DNA of 64,000 bases from Phaeosaccion multiseriatum (taxonomy: Eukaryota > Protista > Ochrophyta, other classes). Under the pieces are notes generated by a model. It had not been told where the DNA came from. It did no database searches and saw nothing but the letters and a program-made list of their open reading frames with translations. Positions 1-13,111 of the stretch are shown one piece after another. The stretch is from the NCBI GenBank assembly GCA_965112735.1, contig OZ218957.1, positions 3,286,001 through 3,350,000 on the forward strand. Reading direction: 5' to 3'. Positions within the stretch are counted from its first letter, which is position 1; each line of letters opens with the position of its first letter. The position numbers and the translations under genes are program-made.

Positions 1-1286
1 CTCCGCGGACACATCACCATCTTCAGAGGGAGAGGAGGCTCGCCTACCTCCATCTCTACCTCCATCCTCATCTTCATCTTGATTTTGATACCGAAGCCCA
101 TTTCGATCTCTATCTGTATCATTGCCCTGAGGTGCCATCTCCGTCTGCTCTTCCTCGGTGTCGTCTGCACGGTCTGTGTCCTCCCCTTCTTCGGTCCTCG
201 GTCTGGATGATGTCCTCCTCTGTAATAGCGGCACTACACACGACTTGTCCACAGCCAGGGTGTCGTGCTGCTGTGAAGGAGACGGAGGAGAAAGAGAACT
301 GGCGGCTCTGCTCCTCCTATTACCCGTGCCAGTGGCCTTGCTACTGCGCCTCTTGCTACTGATGCTACTGCTACTTCTGCTGCTGTTGTTGTTGTTGTTG
401 TTGTTGTTTTTAGGTCTGAGGCGCGAGTGTGAGCCAGCGGCGGCGGAGTGAGCACTGCTCCGAGCCCGAGCAGGCGCTGTCTTTGGCCTTGTTGCGCCTC
501 TGCTGCGGCCTGCTGCTGCTCCTTTCCTCTCGCCCTCCTCCTCGCCTCCTTCCGTTCTACTTGTGCTGGAAAGCCCCCCCGACACTGAAGCCGATAGTAC
601 GGCGCCCTCCACCCTCATGCTTCTGGCAGTCATCCACGTCTGTGTGTTTGGGTCTCCATCCCAAAGCGAGGAGGAAGCTGCTCCTCTCGGAGAAAGTGAC
701 GCTGGCCCTGCTCCAAAAGCGCTCTCTCCCGTGGCCCCTAGCCCTGAGCCTTGATCAAGGGAATTCTCTCTCGCAGACCTCCGGCAACCGCCGCCGGCCA
801 CGTACTTGTCGCTCGCGTACTTTAGGCCCGGCGGTGTGCCTGTGGCTGGGGATCTGGGAGAGAGGACGCACTCTCTGTACGCCGCGTCTATGGCTTCGCC
901 GTGGTGAAGCGGCCGGCGGAGCACACCCGTCTGGCTAGGGTTGGGGGTACCCCATGCCTAATTTTCAAAGCATGTGAGGGGAGGAAGAGTGAAGACCCCT
1001 CTTTATACTTCTTGGTCGGTTGATTTATTAATTTTGAAAACCATCCCAAGCTTACATCCTCTGTATCGCCTCTCACCTTCCGTACCCCTTTGCCGGCCCG
1101 TCTGATAGAGGCTTGCAGCGTCTTTGTCCTGAGCTCCTCCTCCCTCTGCTCGTCCTCCGAAAGCAGCTTCAGGCAGAGCAGCGGGCTCTCGTTTGCACCT
1201 CTGTCGCTCACGTAAAACGGACCATCTGCGGGAATCCCTGGCTGTCGGCACGCCGGTACAGCAGGGGCATACGAAGCTTCCACCAT
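1..1286 (-). CDS. Uncharacterised low-complexity protein, 3'-truncated by the window edge
   Basis: ATG at 1286 (MVEASYAPAVP...) has a probable GT donor near 1077. A second minus-strand frame stays open from about 935 toward the left window edge (..HHGEAIDAAYRECVLSP..SSLWDGDPNTQTWMTARS..). No recognisable domain. Confidence 0.45.
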
Positions 1287-1866
1287 GTTACAAGTACTGC
1301 AGTGTAAAAAAAAAAAAGAAAAAATATAGTAACTGCTTCACGTGTTGGTTATATTATTTCTCTCACAGATGGCAAAATCTTTCTTTCACTCTTTCTCTCC
1401 TCTCCTTCTGGTGCTTCATTAAATTAACCAAAGACGCAAGAGATACGCGTGTGGCATTGACAACTCCTCCCAGCAACACCACCACTCTCCACGACACTTC
1501 ACTCCCTCTCCTCGGCTCTCTCATCTACCCTCTACGATTTCCATTTTTTCTTCTTCTCCCTTTCCTCGCACCTTTCCTGGCAAAACCAAACCACGCGTGT
1601 CCCCTTGACAGACCAGACCCCCCGACCTTCCCGAGTGAAAAGCATCTCACTCGCTCGTGTATCGCCTGTCCCCCCCCCAGCTGCCATACCCTCCCAAAGC
1701 CGCCTCCGCGACTGATGCACGAGGGAAGGCAATTGCCCTACTGTTTGCTTCTCTCCTCCTCAACCCTCAAGCCCAACCCAGAGCGACTGATCTACGACCG
1801 GTCTAGGACGAAGCCCTGTTTGTTGCTCCTCTCCTCCCTTCGTGCCCTTCCCCTTTGCTCCCCTCT

Positions 1867-4800
1867 TTAGACGACGCCCTTGCTCTCCTCAAGTTGGGTG
1901 GTCTTCGACTTGGTGTCCACCGGAGCTCCGCCCACCTGAGCGCTGCCCGCGGGGAAGAGGTTGGCGGGGATGCCTGATCGACTGCCGCTCATTTGTTCGT
2001 CGTTAGTCACTTGGTCTGTGCGATTGATTGATTCGGTTCCAGCGAGCGAAGGAGGAAGGTGAGGGAGGGGTGGCGAGGGTGAAGACGAGTGTGAGTGTAC
2101 TGGTGCAAGAGCAGAGAGTAGCGATGGAAAGGCTTCATACCATCACTCAATCACTCATTCGCTCACAGCTCACTATCATTCCGCAGTCAATCACTCATAT
2201 CACTCACAGCTCATCATTCCGCCGTGCTTGGAAGAGTCCATGCCAATCTCCTCTACTTCCTTCGACACGCGCAGACCGAATGTAAATTTGGCAAAGAGGA
2301 ACACCTGAGTGAGAGGGAGAGAGGGGGGGGGGGGGGGACAGGTGCAGAGAGCGAGAGGGAGGCAAGAGGGGAAGTGAGTTGGTGTGAGAGAGAAGGGGAG
2401 TACAAGGGAAAACAGACACAGACAGAGAGAGTCGAGGAGAGCGAGAGAGAGCGAGCGACAAATATGACCCCATACAACTATTGAGAGAGAAGAAGTAAGG
2501 GCTGACCACAACGAACGCACCAGTGTCGCCATGATTCCTGCCCACGCCGTGACGGCGAGCACAAAGATGATGTTGGCTCCAAGCTGACGTCCTCCACAGC
2601 CGTAGAACACTCCGCAGCACTTGTCGGCTCGGTCGGCGTAGTACGCCTGGAGAAGGAGTGGAGGGGGTGGGGGTTTCGGTCGGTGAAGGAGGAGGAGGAG
2701 GAGGAGGAGGAGGGGGGGGAGGACACCTCAGGGACGCCTCAGGCAACGGATGAGAACATCTCTCTCCGTGTCTCTTAGCTATCAAGGAAGAGAAGGAAGA
2801 GACTCGCAACGTTTGGCTCCCTCCTGACACTGAGTATGAACAGAGCGGAACATCGTCTTCTCCCCTACCCACGCATTCACTCACCTCGCGGTCTGAGGGA
2901 CGGGTGGCGTAACAGCCAGGTTCATAGGTCCATGGATGGACGTTGTCATGTTGCGCGCAGTGGCCGCCGCAGTCAGTCGAAGGAGAGGTTTGGTTGCACA
3001 CAATTGCGAGGGAGGGAGGGAGGGAGGAAGGGAGACAGGGAGACAGGGAGGGAGAAAGGGAGTGAGGGAGAGAGGGAGGGAGAGAGGGACAGAGGGAGGG
3101 AGAGAGGGAGTGAGGGAGAGAGGGAGGGAGAGAGGGAGGGAGGGAGGGAGGGAGAGAGAGAGTCAGAGAGCGAAGGAGAAGGGGCACCAAGAGGCAAAGC
3201 ACGAGAGGAGAGGAGATGAGAGAGGGGAGGGAAACGACATGACCACCATATCCCAAACGCTTTGTTGTGCTGTTGCGAACAAGCCAAGCTCCTGCATCGG
3301 CCATTCGACAGAGTGACTCAAGTGAGTTGCATTCGAGCCCGTCTCACCCACTCACGGCCAACACGGCCTAACACTTGGCCCCTCACTCAAAAACTCTCCC
3401 TCACCGCCCTTCCTGAGTCCCACACACACAACTCCCTCTCTCCCTCTCTCCCTCACGCCTCCCACTCACAGTTGGACTCGGTGGCGAAGAATCCGGCCGC
3501 AATGACGCCCCAGGCCCCACAGAAATAGTGAACGGGTGACGCGTCTAAGGGAACACAAAAGTAAAGTGTTGAGAAAGAGTCATTAGCACTGCCACAGGAG
3601 TACGCAGCGCACAAGGAGGCTATTCATTCTCTTAATAGGAATCACCAAAGTGCAAAAGGAGGCTGGAAATGGAAATGGAAATGGAAAGAATGGGTTCATG
3701 GGAGGGACGGACGGACACGTCAGAAGAAAAAGAATTGTCGCACAAAAATCAACAAGGTCACGTACCGACGACGTCGTCGATCTGGAGCATGAGGAGGATG
3801 GAGGAGGAGACGTTGTAGACAATGCCCGCGATGAGCCCGATCACCACGGCCCCCTCGGGGTTCACAACAGCGCAGCCCGCAGTGATGGCCACCAAGCCTC
3901 CGAGGATGCCGTTGTTGGCGGACTCGGGGTCGATGTAGCCCTTGCGCATCTATGCACACGGACGCGGAGGAGGAGAAGGAGGAGGAGGAGGAGGAGGAGG
4001 AGGAGGAGGAGGAGGAGGAAAAAGAAGAAGGAGGGGGAGGAGGAGGAGGAGGAGGAGGAGGAGGAGGAGGAGGAAGAAGAAGAAGAAGAAGAAGAAGAAG
4101 GAGGAGAAAGAAGAAGGAGGAGGTCATTCAACCAAAAAAAAAGTATGTCTCGTCGAGGACAGAGAACCTCTCCTTCTACCTTACCTTGGCGATGACGCTG
4201 GAGGACACACAGCCCACACCACCGGCAATGGTGGTGTTGACCATGGCTCGGGCTCCGACGAGAGAGGCTGGGCCCACAATGTAGAGGGATGACACACCGT
4301 TGAAGCCGTACCTAGTGAGTCAGTGAGTGATGAGTGCGTCAGTGAGTCAGTGAGTCAGTGCGTCCGTTCGTGAGTCAGTGTGTCCGTCAGTTACACTTAG
4401 TGAGTCAAGTGAGTCCCTCAGTAAGTCAAGTGAGTCCGTACCATCCGAACCAGAGGCAGAGTGTGCCGAGCGTCTGGTAGACAAAGCTGAGTTGGGGCAG
4501 GTCCACGGGCTGGCCATCGACGAAGCGTCCAACGCGGGGGCCGAGCAAGATGGCACCCACGAGCGCTGCAGCTCCTCCGGTCATGTGAACAACACCTTAG
4601 AAAGATAAGACACAGATACACGGAGGAGGAGGAGGAGGAGGAGGATGGTCATCCAGCAGCGCGCAAATGAGTAACGACACGACAACAACACCAACAACAT
4701 CCCCTACCCTTCTTCCACGCCTACCTGATCCTGCAAAGTCGAGCACTCCGCACTGGACGAGGAGACGCCCCTCGCTCCTCCAGGCGGAGGCCCAGCCGCC

Positions 4801-5818
4801 GCTGGACCAGCCCCAGTGCACCACGACGGGGTAGATGAAGCCGATGAGGCTGGTGGCGTACACGCAATAGGCCCAGAAGGTGCAGCGCTCGACAACGGAG
4901 CCGCTCACAATGGTGGCGGTGGTGGCGGCGAAGGCCCACTGGAAAAGCCAGGTGGCCCACTGGTAGCCCGTCTCCTCACCCGCTCCGCGAAACCCGTCGG
5001 TGAGGACGAAGCCGTTGGTGCCGATGAAGCCGTTGTCGCCGGTAGCGGGGTAGTTATCCTGCACGGAGGAAGGGGTGCAATTGGATTAGACCAAAGAAGG
5101 AGAGGGAAGTCATTAATAGACTGGAGGGATAGTCAAGTATTGTGGCACGTGTGTGAGCGGAATTCCGGATTGGATTGGATAACTCGTTGCTGAAGGTGGG
5201 CAATAAGGTCATAACTACACACCTTGCCCATGGCGATGCCATAGCCAGTGATGTACCACATGATACCACCGATGGAGGCGTCAAACACATTCTTGACTAA
5301 GATATTTTTTGTGTTTTTGAGCTGAACGCAGCCAACTTCAAGCATGGCAAACCCCTGATCCAGAAGAGAGGCAGCGAGGAGAGTACAGGGGGGTGAGGTG
5401 GGTTATGGCCAAGCAAGGAGAGGGCGCGGAGTGGAGACATAAGACCACGGCCGATGCGCTGACCTTGCCGGGATCTACATCCCTCTACGATCATCTGCGA
5501 TCCTGCCCCCACCCCTCCCCCCCAGCTCTCCCGTGTGTCTCCCATACACGCACCGTCTGCATAAAGAAGACCAACACGGCTCCAAAGAGAAGCCAGAAGG
5601 TGTTCATAGAGAGAGTCATGGAGCGGATGGTGTCCACGACGCACTAAGAGAGGCAGAGGCCAGCAACAACAAACAACAAAAATGAGGGGTTAGAAAGTCA
5701 TCGCTGCGGTGGGAAGAAGAAAAAAACCTTGTGAGCCGCACCAGCCTCACACCTGCTCAAAGTCCGCATCTCCCGCGACACAGGCGTCATCACTCAGAGG
5801 GTTGATAAGCGACGCCAT
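1867..5818 (-). CDS. AMT1: Ammonium transporter, AMT1 family (multi-exon)
   Basis: The spliced translation has the Amt signatures FWLLFGAVLVFFMQTGFAMLEVG, KNTKNILVKN, FQWAFAATTATIVSGSVVER, YPVVVHWGWS, DFAGSGVVHMTGG, LWFGWYGFN, NGILGGLVAITAGC, IDDVVDASPVH and LRVSKEVEEIGMDSSKHG. Introns are GT-AG; ATG is at 5818 and TAA at 1867-1869. Confidence 0.96.
2885..2892 (-). other. 8-nt microexon of AMT1 (ACCGCGAG)
   Basis: Flanked by CCCTCAG| and |GTGAGT. It converts the phase-1 upstream exon end (AAC T|) to the phase-0 downstream exon start (|GCG TAC TAC), giving ATESN-YRE-AYYADR. Confidence 0.85.
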
Positions 5819-6123
5819 TTGCTCCGTTGCTGTACTTCCGTTTTGTTTTCAATCGTGTTGTCAACAAATCCCTCATGGAAGCCCTTCGATGTTCCCCTGG
5901 GGGGGACGTCTCCGCCATCCATGAGCTGTTTTTTATTTTTTTCTTCTCAGGCCATGGGGGTACAATTGTTTTATTGTTTTCGTTAAATCATTTATTTGTA
6001 TGGCTTTAAGCTATCGCCATTTTATAGGCGATAGCTAAATAGCGCGCCAGGGGTCGAGCGGAAGGCAGGAATACATGTGCTACAAAGGAGAGAGCACCAG
6101 CACGATTACATGGTCCTCCCTCA

Positions 6124-7169
6124 TCAGCGCTGCAGATGCTTGCAACAGCGCGAGAGCTGAAAGGCGAGGCACGAGCAGGTGCCGCCCCAGTCCTGAGAGG
6201 AAGCCCCCCCACCACCCCCACCACCCCCACCCCCACCCCCACCAACTTTGTAGTCTGGGTAGGCGTAGTTGTCGGTGGCAGTGGCGCTGCTTTCTCCTGG
6301 CCCGCAGCGACCCCCGCCCATGTCGGCCCCCACCCACGTCATCCTCGAAGCGTCGCACACCTCACAAGCCTGAGGGAGGGGAGGAGGGGAGGGACGAGCA
6401 ATAGCAGTTGGTGATACAGCTAGCAGGTAGCAGGTAGCAGGAGAAATGAACACAAGCAAAGCCCCCGTCCCCCTTCCTCATCCTCATCCTCAAGGTCCTC
6501 GGCACTCTCCCCCAACACCCAAACGCTGCTGACACCCCTCACCATGCTGAGGTCGCTGTTCAGTAGCGTACAGCGCGGGCATTGCCACATACCGCCTTCC
6601 GACAGCGGTATCAAGGCCTCCTCCTCCCCTTCCTGGCCTTCCCTGAGCCCCATCCCCCTGGCGCCAGCCCGTGCCCCTGCCCCTACCCATGCTCCTCCTC
6701 CTGCGGCGGTGGCGGCGGCTGCTGCTCCACCCCCTGCTGCTGCTGCAGCAGTACCGACTGCTACCCCACCACCTCCCCCTCTCGCCCTCGCAAAGGACCT
6801 GCAGATAACGCGCTCATTCGGCGGCGGTGACACCAACTCGTAGCAGCCATTGGGGAGCCTTGCCGCCCCAGCGACTGCCGTATCACCAACTGCTAACCCT
6901 GCCCCTTGGACGGGCCGCAGCAGCTCCAACAGCGCCTCTGCCCTCTCCGCTGCGAGGCAGGAGGGAGCAAGCAGGCCCAGGCCACCGTGCCTATCGCTGA
7001 AGAAGATGCGACACAGGCTTCTCATCTCCTCTGCAGGCAGGTCCAGGCAATGCGCCTCCTCTTCCTCCTCCCCTCCCGCTCCCCCTCCTCCTCCTCCGAA
7101 AGGTGCAGAGACGATAATCCGCATAGCGAGCGACGACGTCGGCTGCTGCTGTACCACCAACTCCTCCTC

Positions 7170-7203
<34 letters not shown>

Positions 7204-9620
7204 AGCTGCTGCTTTGCATTGTTATCGTTCCATCCAGGCGGGGAGGGGGGCATTCGCGCGCTCGCCTCCTCATCCGGCCATGCCCCCTCCGCTCCTTTGG
7301 TTTCCTGCATCCCCCCATCGTCCGAGAGTTGGTCCTCCTCGCGTCGCCCCCTGTGAAACCCCTCAAGCCCAGCCCCTGCTAGGCTGTGGCTCGTGTTGCT
7401 GGGGCCAGAGGAGGGGCTTGCCGTAGGGCTTGTTGCCGTCCGCATGGTCAACACGCTGACGTCAATCCACGTTCTGCCGAAGCGCCGCCTGCCCCTGAGA
7501 GAGAGAGGAGAGGGGTTGTGGGGCGGAGGGACGGGGAGGGGAGGGAGAGGGGGAGGTAGGGAGAGGGAGATGGGGGCGGAGGGAGAGGGAGAAAGAGTGG
7601 TGGAGAGAGAAAGAGATAGAGACCGATAGGGGGGGAAGAGGTGGGCGGAGACACAAAGGCGAGAGAGAGGGGGTTGAGGAGGGGGACAGAGAGAGACACC
7701 ACAGAGAGAGAGACGAGAGAGACATGAGAGAGACACACACAGTCACAAGGGTGGAGAAAACAGTGCAGTACAACGAACGAGCGCAGGCCCATGCCGTCCC
7801 GGAGCCCCACCATCGCACGACACGCGCTGTGACATGCCAAGCTCCCCTCTCGAAGCACTAATTGTCATACGAGCTTCACCGGAAGTCTGGGAGTCGTCCC
7901 TGAGAGAGCCTTCCTCTCTGCACCCACATTCACCTCCCTACCTCCCTCCCTCCCTCCTACCCCCCCTCCCTCCCTCCCTCCCTCCCTCCTTCCCTGCCTC
8001 GTACCTGTACACAACGTCTCCCTCGACAAGACCGGCACAGGCCGCCGCAGCACCACTGTGAGCCCTCCAACTACTGCTACTACTACTACTAATACCACAA
8101 CCCCCCTCTCCTCCCTTCGCCACCACCTCTTCCCCAAACGCCTTCCAGCAGCCCTCCGGCAGCGGCTCTGGCGAGGTTGTCCAATATTCTTCTGCCTCAC
8201 TGTTGATGCTGCCAACCTTCCCCCCTCCCTCCTGGTGTTGGTACAAGCCTTCTATGCAGGGCGTTTCATTGATATGGGTGGTCATATCGTCGTCGTACAG
8301 ACCACTCATAAACCCCGCTCCTCCTCCTCCTCCTCCTCCTCCTCCTCCTCCTCCTCCTCCCGTGTCACCAACCCGCACGGCTACAGCTCCTCCAGTAGGA
8401 GAGCCCCCGCCCAGCAGCCAATCCGCTGCTCTGCTCACATCTCCAAAGTGCCTTCGGAGGGCGTCCCTCGCCTCTTCCTCCTCGAACCCGAGCTCCACCA
8501 GCCCCAACAATCCTGAGCCTTCATCCGCCCGGTCTGATCTGGTGGGCACAGAGGCAGGTTTCCCTCCTCCCTTCCCCCCCCCTCCTCCTCCTGCTGCTGC
8601 TGCCACTCCTCCTTCTCTTCCTCCTCCTGTTGTAGAAGCTAATGGAGTAGCTAAGGCCGGCGCCGCTCCGCCGCTGCCTACCCAAGGGGATTGGGATCGC
8701 AACGGCTGCTGCTGCTGCTGCTGCTGCTGCGATGCACCGCCACCGCCACCGCCGCCAGCAAGATTTCCGCAGCTTTTCCTCTTCAAATCCCCCCCCCCTC
8801 TTCCCTCACCTCCTTCTTTACACCCCCGCTCCTCCCAAGTCAGACGAGTCCTCTCCGTATCGCCTACGCCTCCGCCTCCTGTAGAAACCTTGAGACTGGG
8901 AAGGGAGTCTACCGAGCCAGCCTCTGCAGGGATGGCGGAGCTCGAGCTCCCTAGCGAGGCACCATCGCCCTCGCTATGCTCGTGTTGGTCACATTGGGGG
9001 AGACTGCGGCCGCTGGCGGGAGAAGGAGGAAGCGTTGAAGGTAAGGAAGGGCCCGAGGAGCCATCGTCGTTGTCGTCGTCACGGCCGTCACAGCTCCCCT
9101 CCTCCTCCTTCTTTTCAGTGCCGCTAACCTCCATCTCTCCTCTGCGCACCCCTTCCTCCACGGCCCCATCACGATACACAATGGTATAGTTCTCCTCCTG
9201 GTCGGCGTTGCCGCTCCTGCATGCCTTGACGACTCTGGCGGGGTGGTATTCACTACCAATTCGCCGCTTCACCAAGCGTCCCTCGCCCAACACCCTGTCG
9301 TTCCCTCCAACCCGCCACTCTCTGTGAATCCTGCGCAAGTCCCCAGGTTCAACGCCCAACTCTTTGTCGTTCCCGTCGCCGATGTAAATGAGGTCGCACC
9401 GCTGATGCACTTGGCTATCCGAAGAACTTGGGCTCACAGAAAGACTCATCTTTGTCACCACCGCAGGAAGCCATTGCTGTGGGGAGAGGGAGGAGGGATG
9501 TTGGTTGAGAGAAGCATAGAAGGGGGGGGGGAGGCAGTGATCGTCATACCTCATGGATTCTTCGCTCCACGAAGTCGCCCACCTCAAAAGGGGTGAGAGA
9601 GGGGGGCTTGTGCTCAGCAT
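6124..9620 (-). CDS. Multi-domain protein with Tudor/SH3-like region, UBA domain and RanBP2-type zinc finger (3 exons; start uncertain)
   Basis: Tudor-like GSEYHPARVVK..YTIVYRDGAVEEGV and UBA LVELGFEEEEARDALRRHFGDVSRAADWLL are present. WQCPRCTLLNSDLSM|ACEVCDA matches W-x-C-x2-C-x3-N-x6-C-x2-C across an intron. Exon phases are consistent at 8005/7494 and about 6544/6369. Confidence 0.75.
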
Positions 9621-11096
9621 CGTCTTGTTCCATGGTGGTCGCAGGGGGAGAGAAGCGCTAATAGAGAGAAGAAGGGAACTTTGTTGACTTATAGGAAACA
9701 ACACACGAGTTGGTTCGTTTTCTGTGAGTCGCGCGTCGCGCAAGCCTCGGAAGCTGAGATGAGAAGCAAAAGCGCAAGCGCATCCACACAGGGGGCGCTT
9801 AGCTATTTATCCGAGCAGCACCACCGCCTACGCTGCCTTGCTTGGCGACGTCGCTCCAGCCATCTCGGAGAACCAATCAGCGTTGACACAGTTGTCGGGG
9901 GATCCAAAGATTCGCGGCCCCGTCTTCGGTCAAGCGTTGCCCCTCCTCAGCTCGGAGGCAGAGAAAAGCCTCTTCAGTGGTGCATCCCTCGTCGTTGTGG
10001 GTACGCCCCGAATCACTCGTGTAGGAGCTGGCATATCGCCTTCCACCACTGCGGAGGACTGCAAGGGGGCCCGGTTGTTGCAGGTCCACTTGCTGGCCTT
10101 GCTCCTACCTCCTGCCTCTTTACCACCTGGAAGCCGCCCCCCCATCCGCCCCTCCACCCCTTGTGTGCCATCTCCGCCGTAGGCTTGGCCTTGATGTGCT
10201 GCACACGCACTCACTCACTCACGGTCATTCAGCACTGAGGGTCTCCAGATCCATCTCGTCCGGACGTCCCCGACCTTGACACACCTGTAGCTAGGCCCGC
10301 CCACGTGTCCTTCAGGTCCATCCCCTCCCCCTTCCTTCCTCGCCCTCCCTTTCCTCCTCCTCCCCATCCTCTTTTCCCTCCCCCTCGTCCTTCTCCTTCT
10401 CCTTCTCCTCGATGACAAGGGCTGCTACTGCTGCGAACTGTCCGATGGCTTGCCGCCCATGTCCGCTGCTGCAGTGACCCTACTCGGGCGTCAAGTCCCA
10501 TACAGCAGGGTTGGGAAGCTTTGGAGGGATGGAAGAGTGGGTGCTGCGACCCCCTGAGGCCTCTGAGCCCCCACACCCCCCCCTGCTCATGGTGGTCCAG
10601 CGTCGCCAGACTGTACCGGTCGGGGGTGAGCACGGACGTCCCTTCGTCCGGGCAAGGAGGGAGGTGCTACAGCATCCCTTCACAGTAACAGCCTTGCCTG
10701 GCAATCAGACGGACCTTTGCTTAGGCAGGAGAGACTCCACCACACGTGGCCGGCACTACTTGGGTGTTTTGATGGGAGTGCGGGGGTCGGTGTGTGACCA
10801 CAGTGATCGCTGTGCCGTGGGGTGCGGAAAGCATTGAGAGCTCCAGTCTGCTGCTGTATCACCAACTGCTGGTGCTGGTGCTGGTGCTGGTGCTGGTGCT
10901 GATACTGATGCTGGTCGAGCAAGTGATGCCGTCAATGAGGCAGCAGCACGAAGTGAGGAGCTTCAAATACCTCTCCACACTAATGCTGGTGGCCCTTTGC
11001 GTGACTGCAGTTACAGAAGAGACCACCTCCTGGACAATCGCACCGCCCGCCCCTCCTCCGCAGCCTCTGCTGTATCACCAACTGCCTCTGTCTGCG

Positions 11097-13111
11097 TCAC
11101 ATGGCGACAGCAGGGCGTGTTGTATCACCAACTTCCCCTGCCTGCATGACATGGTCGAAACCGTCGGGGCTCTCCAAAACGAGGTCGCCAAAGGGTGCAC
11201 CGAGAGGAAGGCTGAGCTTGGCAGCGTGGAGGAAGGTGCGGTACGAGGTGTTGTCACCTAAGAGAGCGTAGATGCGTGTGCGTGCATGTGGTGCGGTGTG
11301 GGGAGGATGGGGGAGAGAGAGGGAAAGAGAAGGAGAGATGGAGAGGGAGCGAGGGAGGGAACAAGAGAGGAGGGGGCGGGGGTGGTAGAGACGGGGAGAG
11401 AGGTGAGGAGAGAGCAACAGAGAGAAAGCAAGAGAGGGGGGGAGAGCAAGACAAAGGAGAGTGAGGGAGAGAGAGAGAGAGAGAGGAGAGGTTGAGAAAA
11501 AAGCGGTGGGGCAGAGGGGGTTGGTTGGTTGGCACGCACGCTACCTGCCCTGCCCGTCTGTCTAAGTACCGTAAGAAAGAACATGTCTCTCAGCCACATT
11601 GAAGCACACCACGCAATCACTCGAAAAAAGCCACGGGCAGCCCCAGCCCACCGCCCACGACTGACAGGGATTGGAAGGACGAACGGAAGCAAGGGAGGTA
11701 GGGTGGGTGGTTCGAGCCGCCTGCTCTCTCACTCTCCCTTTGCCGTACCCGAGTATGCGCAGTCGCCGACGATAGGATGGCCCACATGCGCGGAGTGTAA
11801 CCGTAACTGGTGCCTCCGACCTGTGAGTGGTTGGAGCAGCACCTTGGACACTGCCTTGCCAAAGTGCTCTCCCTCCAATCGCAGCCATCCCCTCTCAAGT
11901 ACCTTCAGCACTGTCCGACCTTGCTTGATCTGCTTGGCCTGCTTGCCCTTGTGCTTGCCCTTGTGCTTGCCCTGGTTGGTCTGTGCAGAGGAGAGGGAAG
12001 GCTTCTCCTCGCCCTCCTTCCCTTGTGCATCATCACTCGTCGTCACCACCGCCATACGGAAGGGGTGCGTGGGATGCGGAGCGATGCCCGTCTCGACGAC
12101 CTTGCTGCTCCACGATGGGTGCCCGAAGACGATGGCCACGTACTCCTTCTCGGCGAGACGCTCTCGAAACATTTGGGCAGCTCTGCCGGCTGCGGCCTTG
12201 TGCTTGGCAAACACGAGCAGGCCGGAGGTCGCGTAGTCCAGCTGGTGACAGAAACGCATGGAAAGCGGCGCTAGGACCGGGGCCGGGGCTGTCGGCGGCG
12301 ATGCTTTGGGGCCGGAGATGGGCGTTTGCTCTCCAATCTCGTCCACCTCCTGCTCCACTCCGTCTCGCGCGGTGCCTCCCTCCCCTGCTGCTGCGCCTGC
12401 ACTTTTCTCCACGGACACTACCGCTTCCCCTTGTCGCCTCTCTCTCTCTCCTCCCTGGAGATGGTCCTGAACCCAGCAGGTACATGTTCGCTCGGAGACA
12501 TACTTGGCATCGTTCACGCCATTCACCCCCCCTTCATCTCCTGCCTTGAGCGGGTTGAAATTCAATCGCACGTCGAAGGGCTTGTCCATGACCAGGAAGT
12601 CCTCGTTTTCCTCGATGATGCCAAAGCTCTGCTGCAAGAACCAAGGATAGTGCACCATAAGCTGGGTCAACTCTTCGCTCTTGTACACCCCCACACTGAC
12701 CACGTACTCGAGCTGGCCCAGACGAGCCCACGTGCCCCACGGAGAGAGGCTTTCCCCGAGGCCGGGCCGGCGCTTGACGGCTTCCAGCACGAGTCGCTCA
12801 TCGGCGGGAAGGAAGCCTTTCTCGGCCAGCATGAGCGAGAGCCAGCTCTCCCAAGAGCCGCTTAACCCTTCATGTGCCTCAGTTCTATCGTCGTTGCTGC
12901 TGCTGCTGCTGCTGATGCTGTTGCTACTACTGCTGGTGCTGCTGCCGTCCTGCTGTACTTGGCGGTCTGCTGAGGTATTAGGAGAAGAGGGAATCCTGCT
13001 TCTCTTGGAAGTCGTCCGAGAAGCCAATGAGATGGTGAAGCCACACACCTCCTCCACGAGCGAGAGCAGCCACACGCCAAACACCATGCACCAGAGCTTC
13101 GCACATCTCAT
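11097..13111 (-). CDS. RluA-family pseudouridine synthase, RPUSD1-like, with N-terminal signal/transit peptide
   Basis: Motifs DKPFD, FCHQLDYATSG (catalytic Asp), KEYVAIVFG and PLTGRRHQLRLHSAHVGHPIVGD are present. One intron (about 11259-11749) joins to GDNTSYRTFLHAAKL. The hydrophobic N-terminus ends VCG-F. Confidence 0.92.

Noticed and set aside
2893-3010. Cys-rich ORF segment (CNQTSPSTDCGGHCAQ..) as an extra AMT1 loop exon
   Set aside because: No AG acceptor was found upstream of it, and the 8-nt microexon alone restores the frame.
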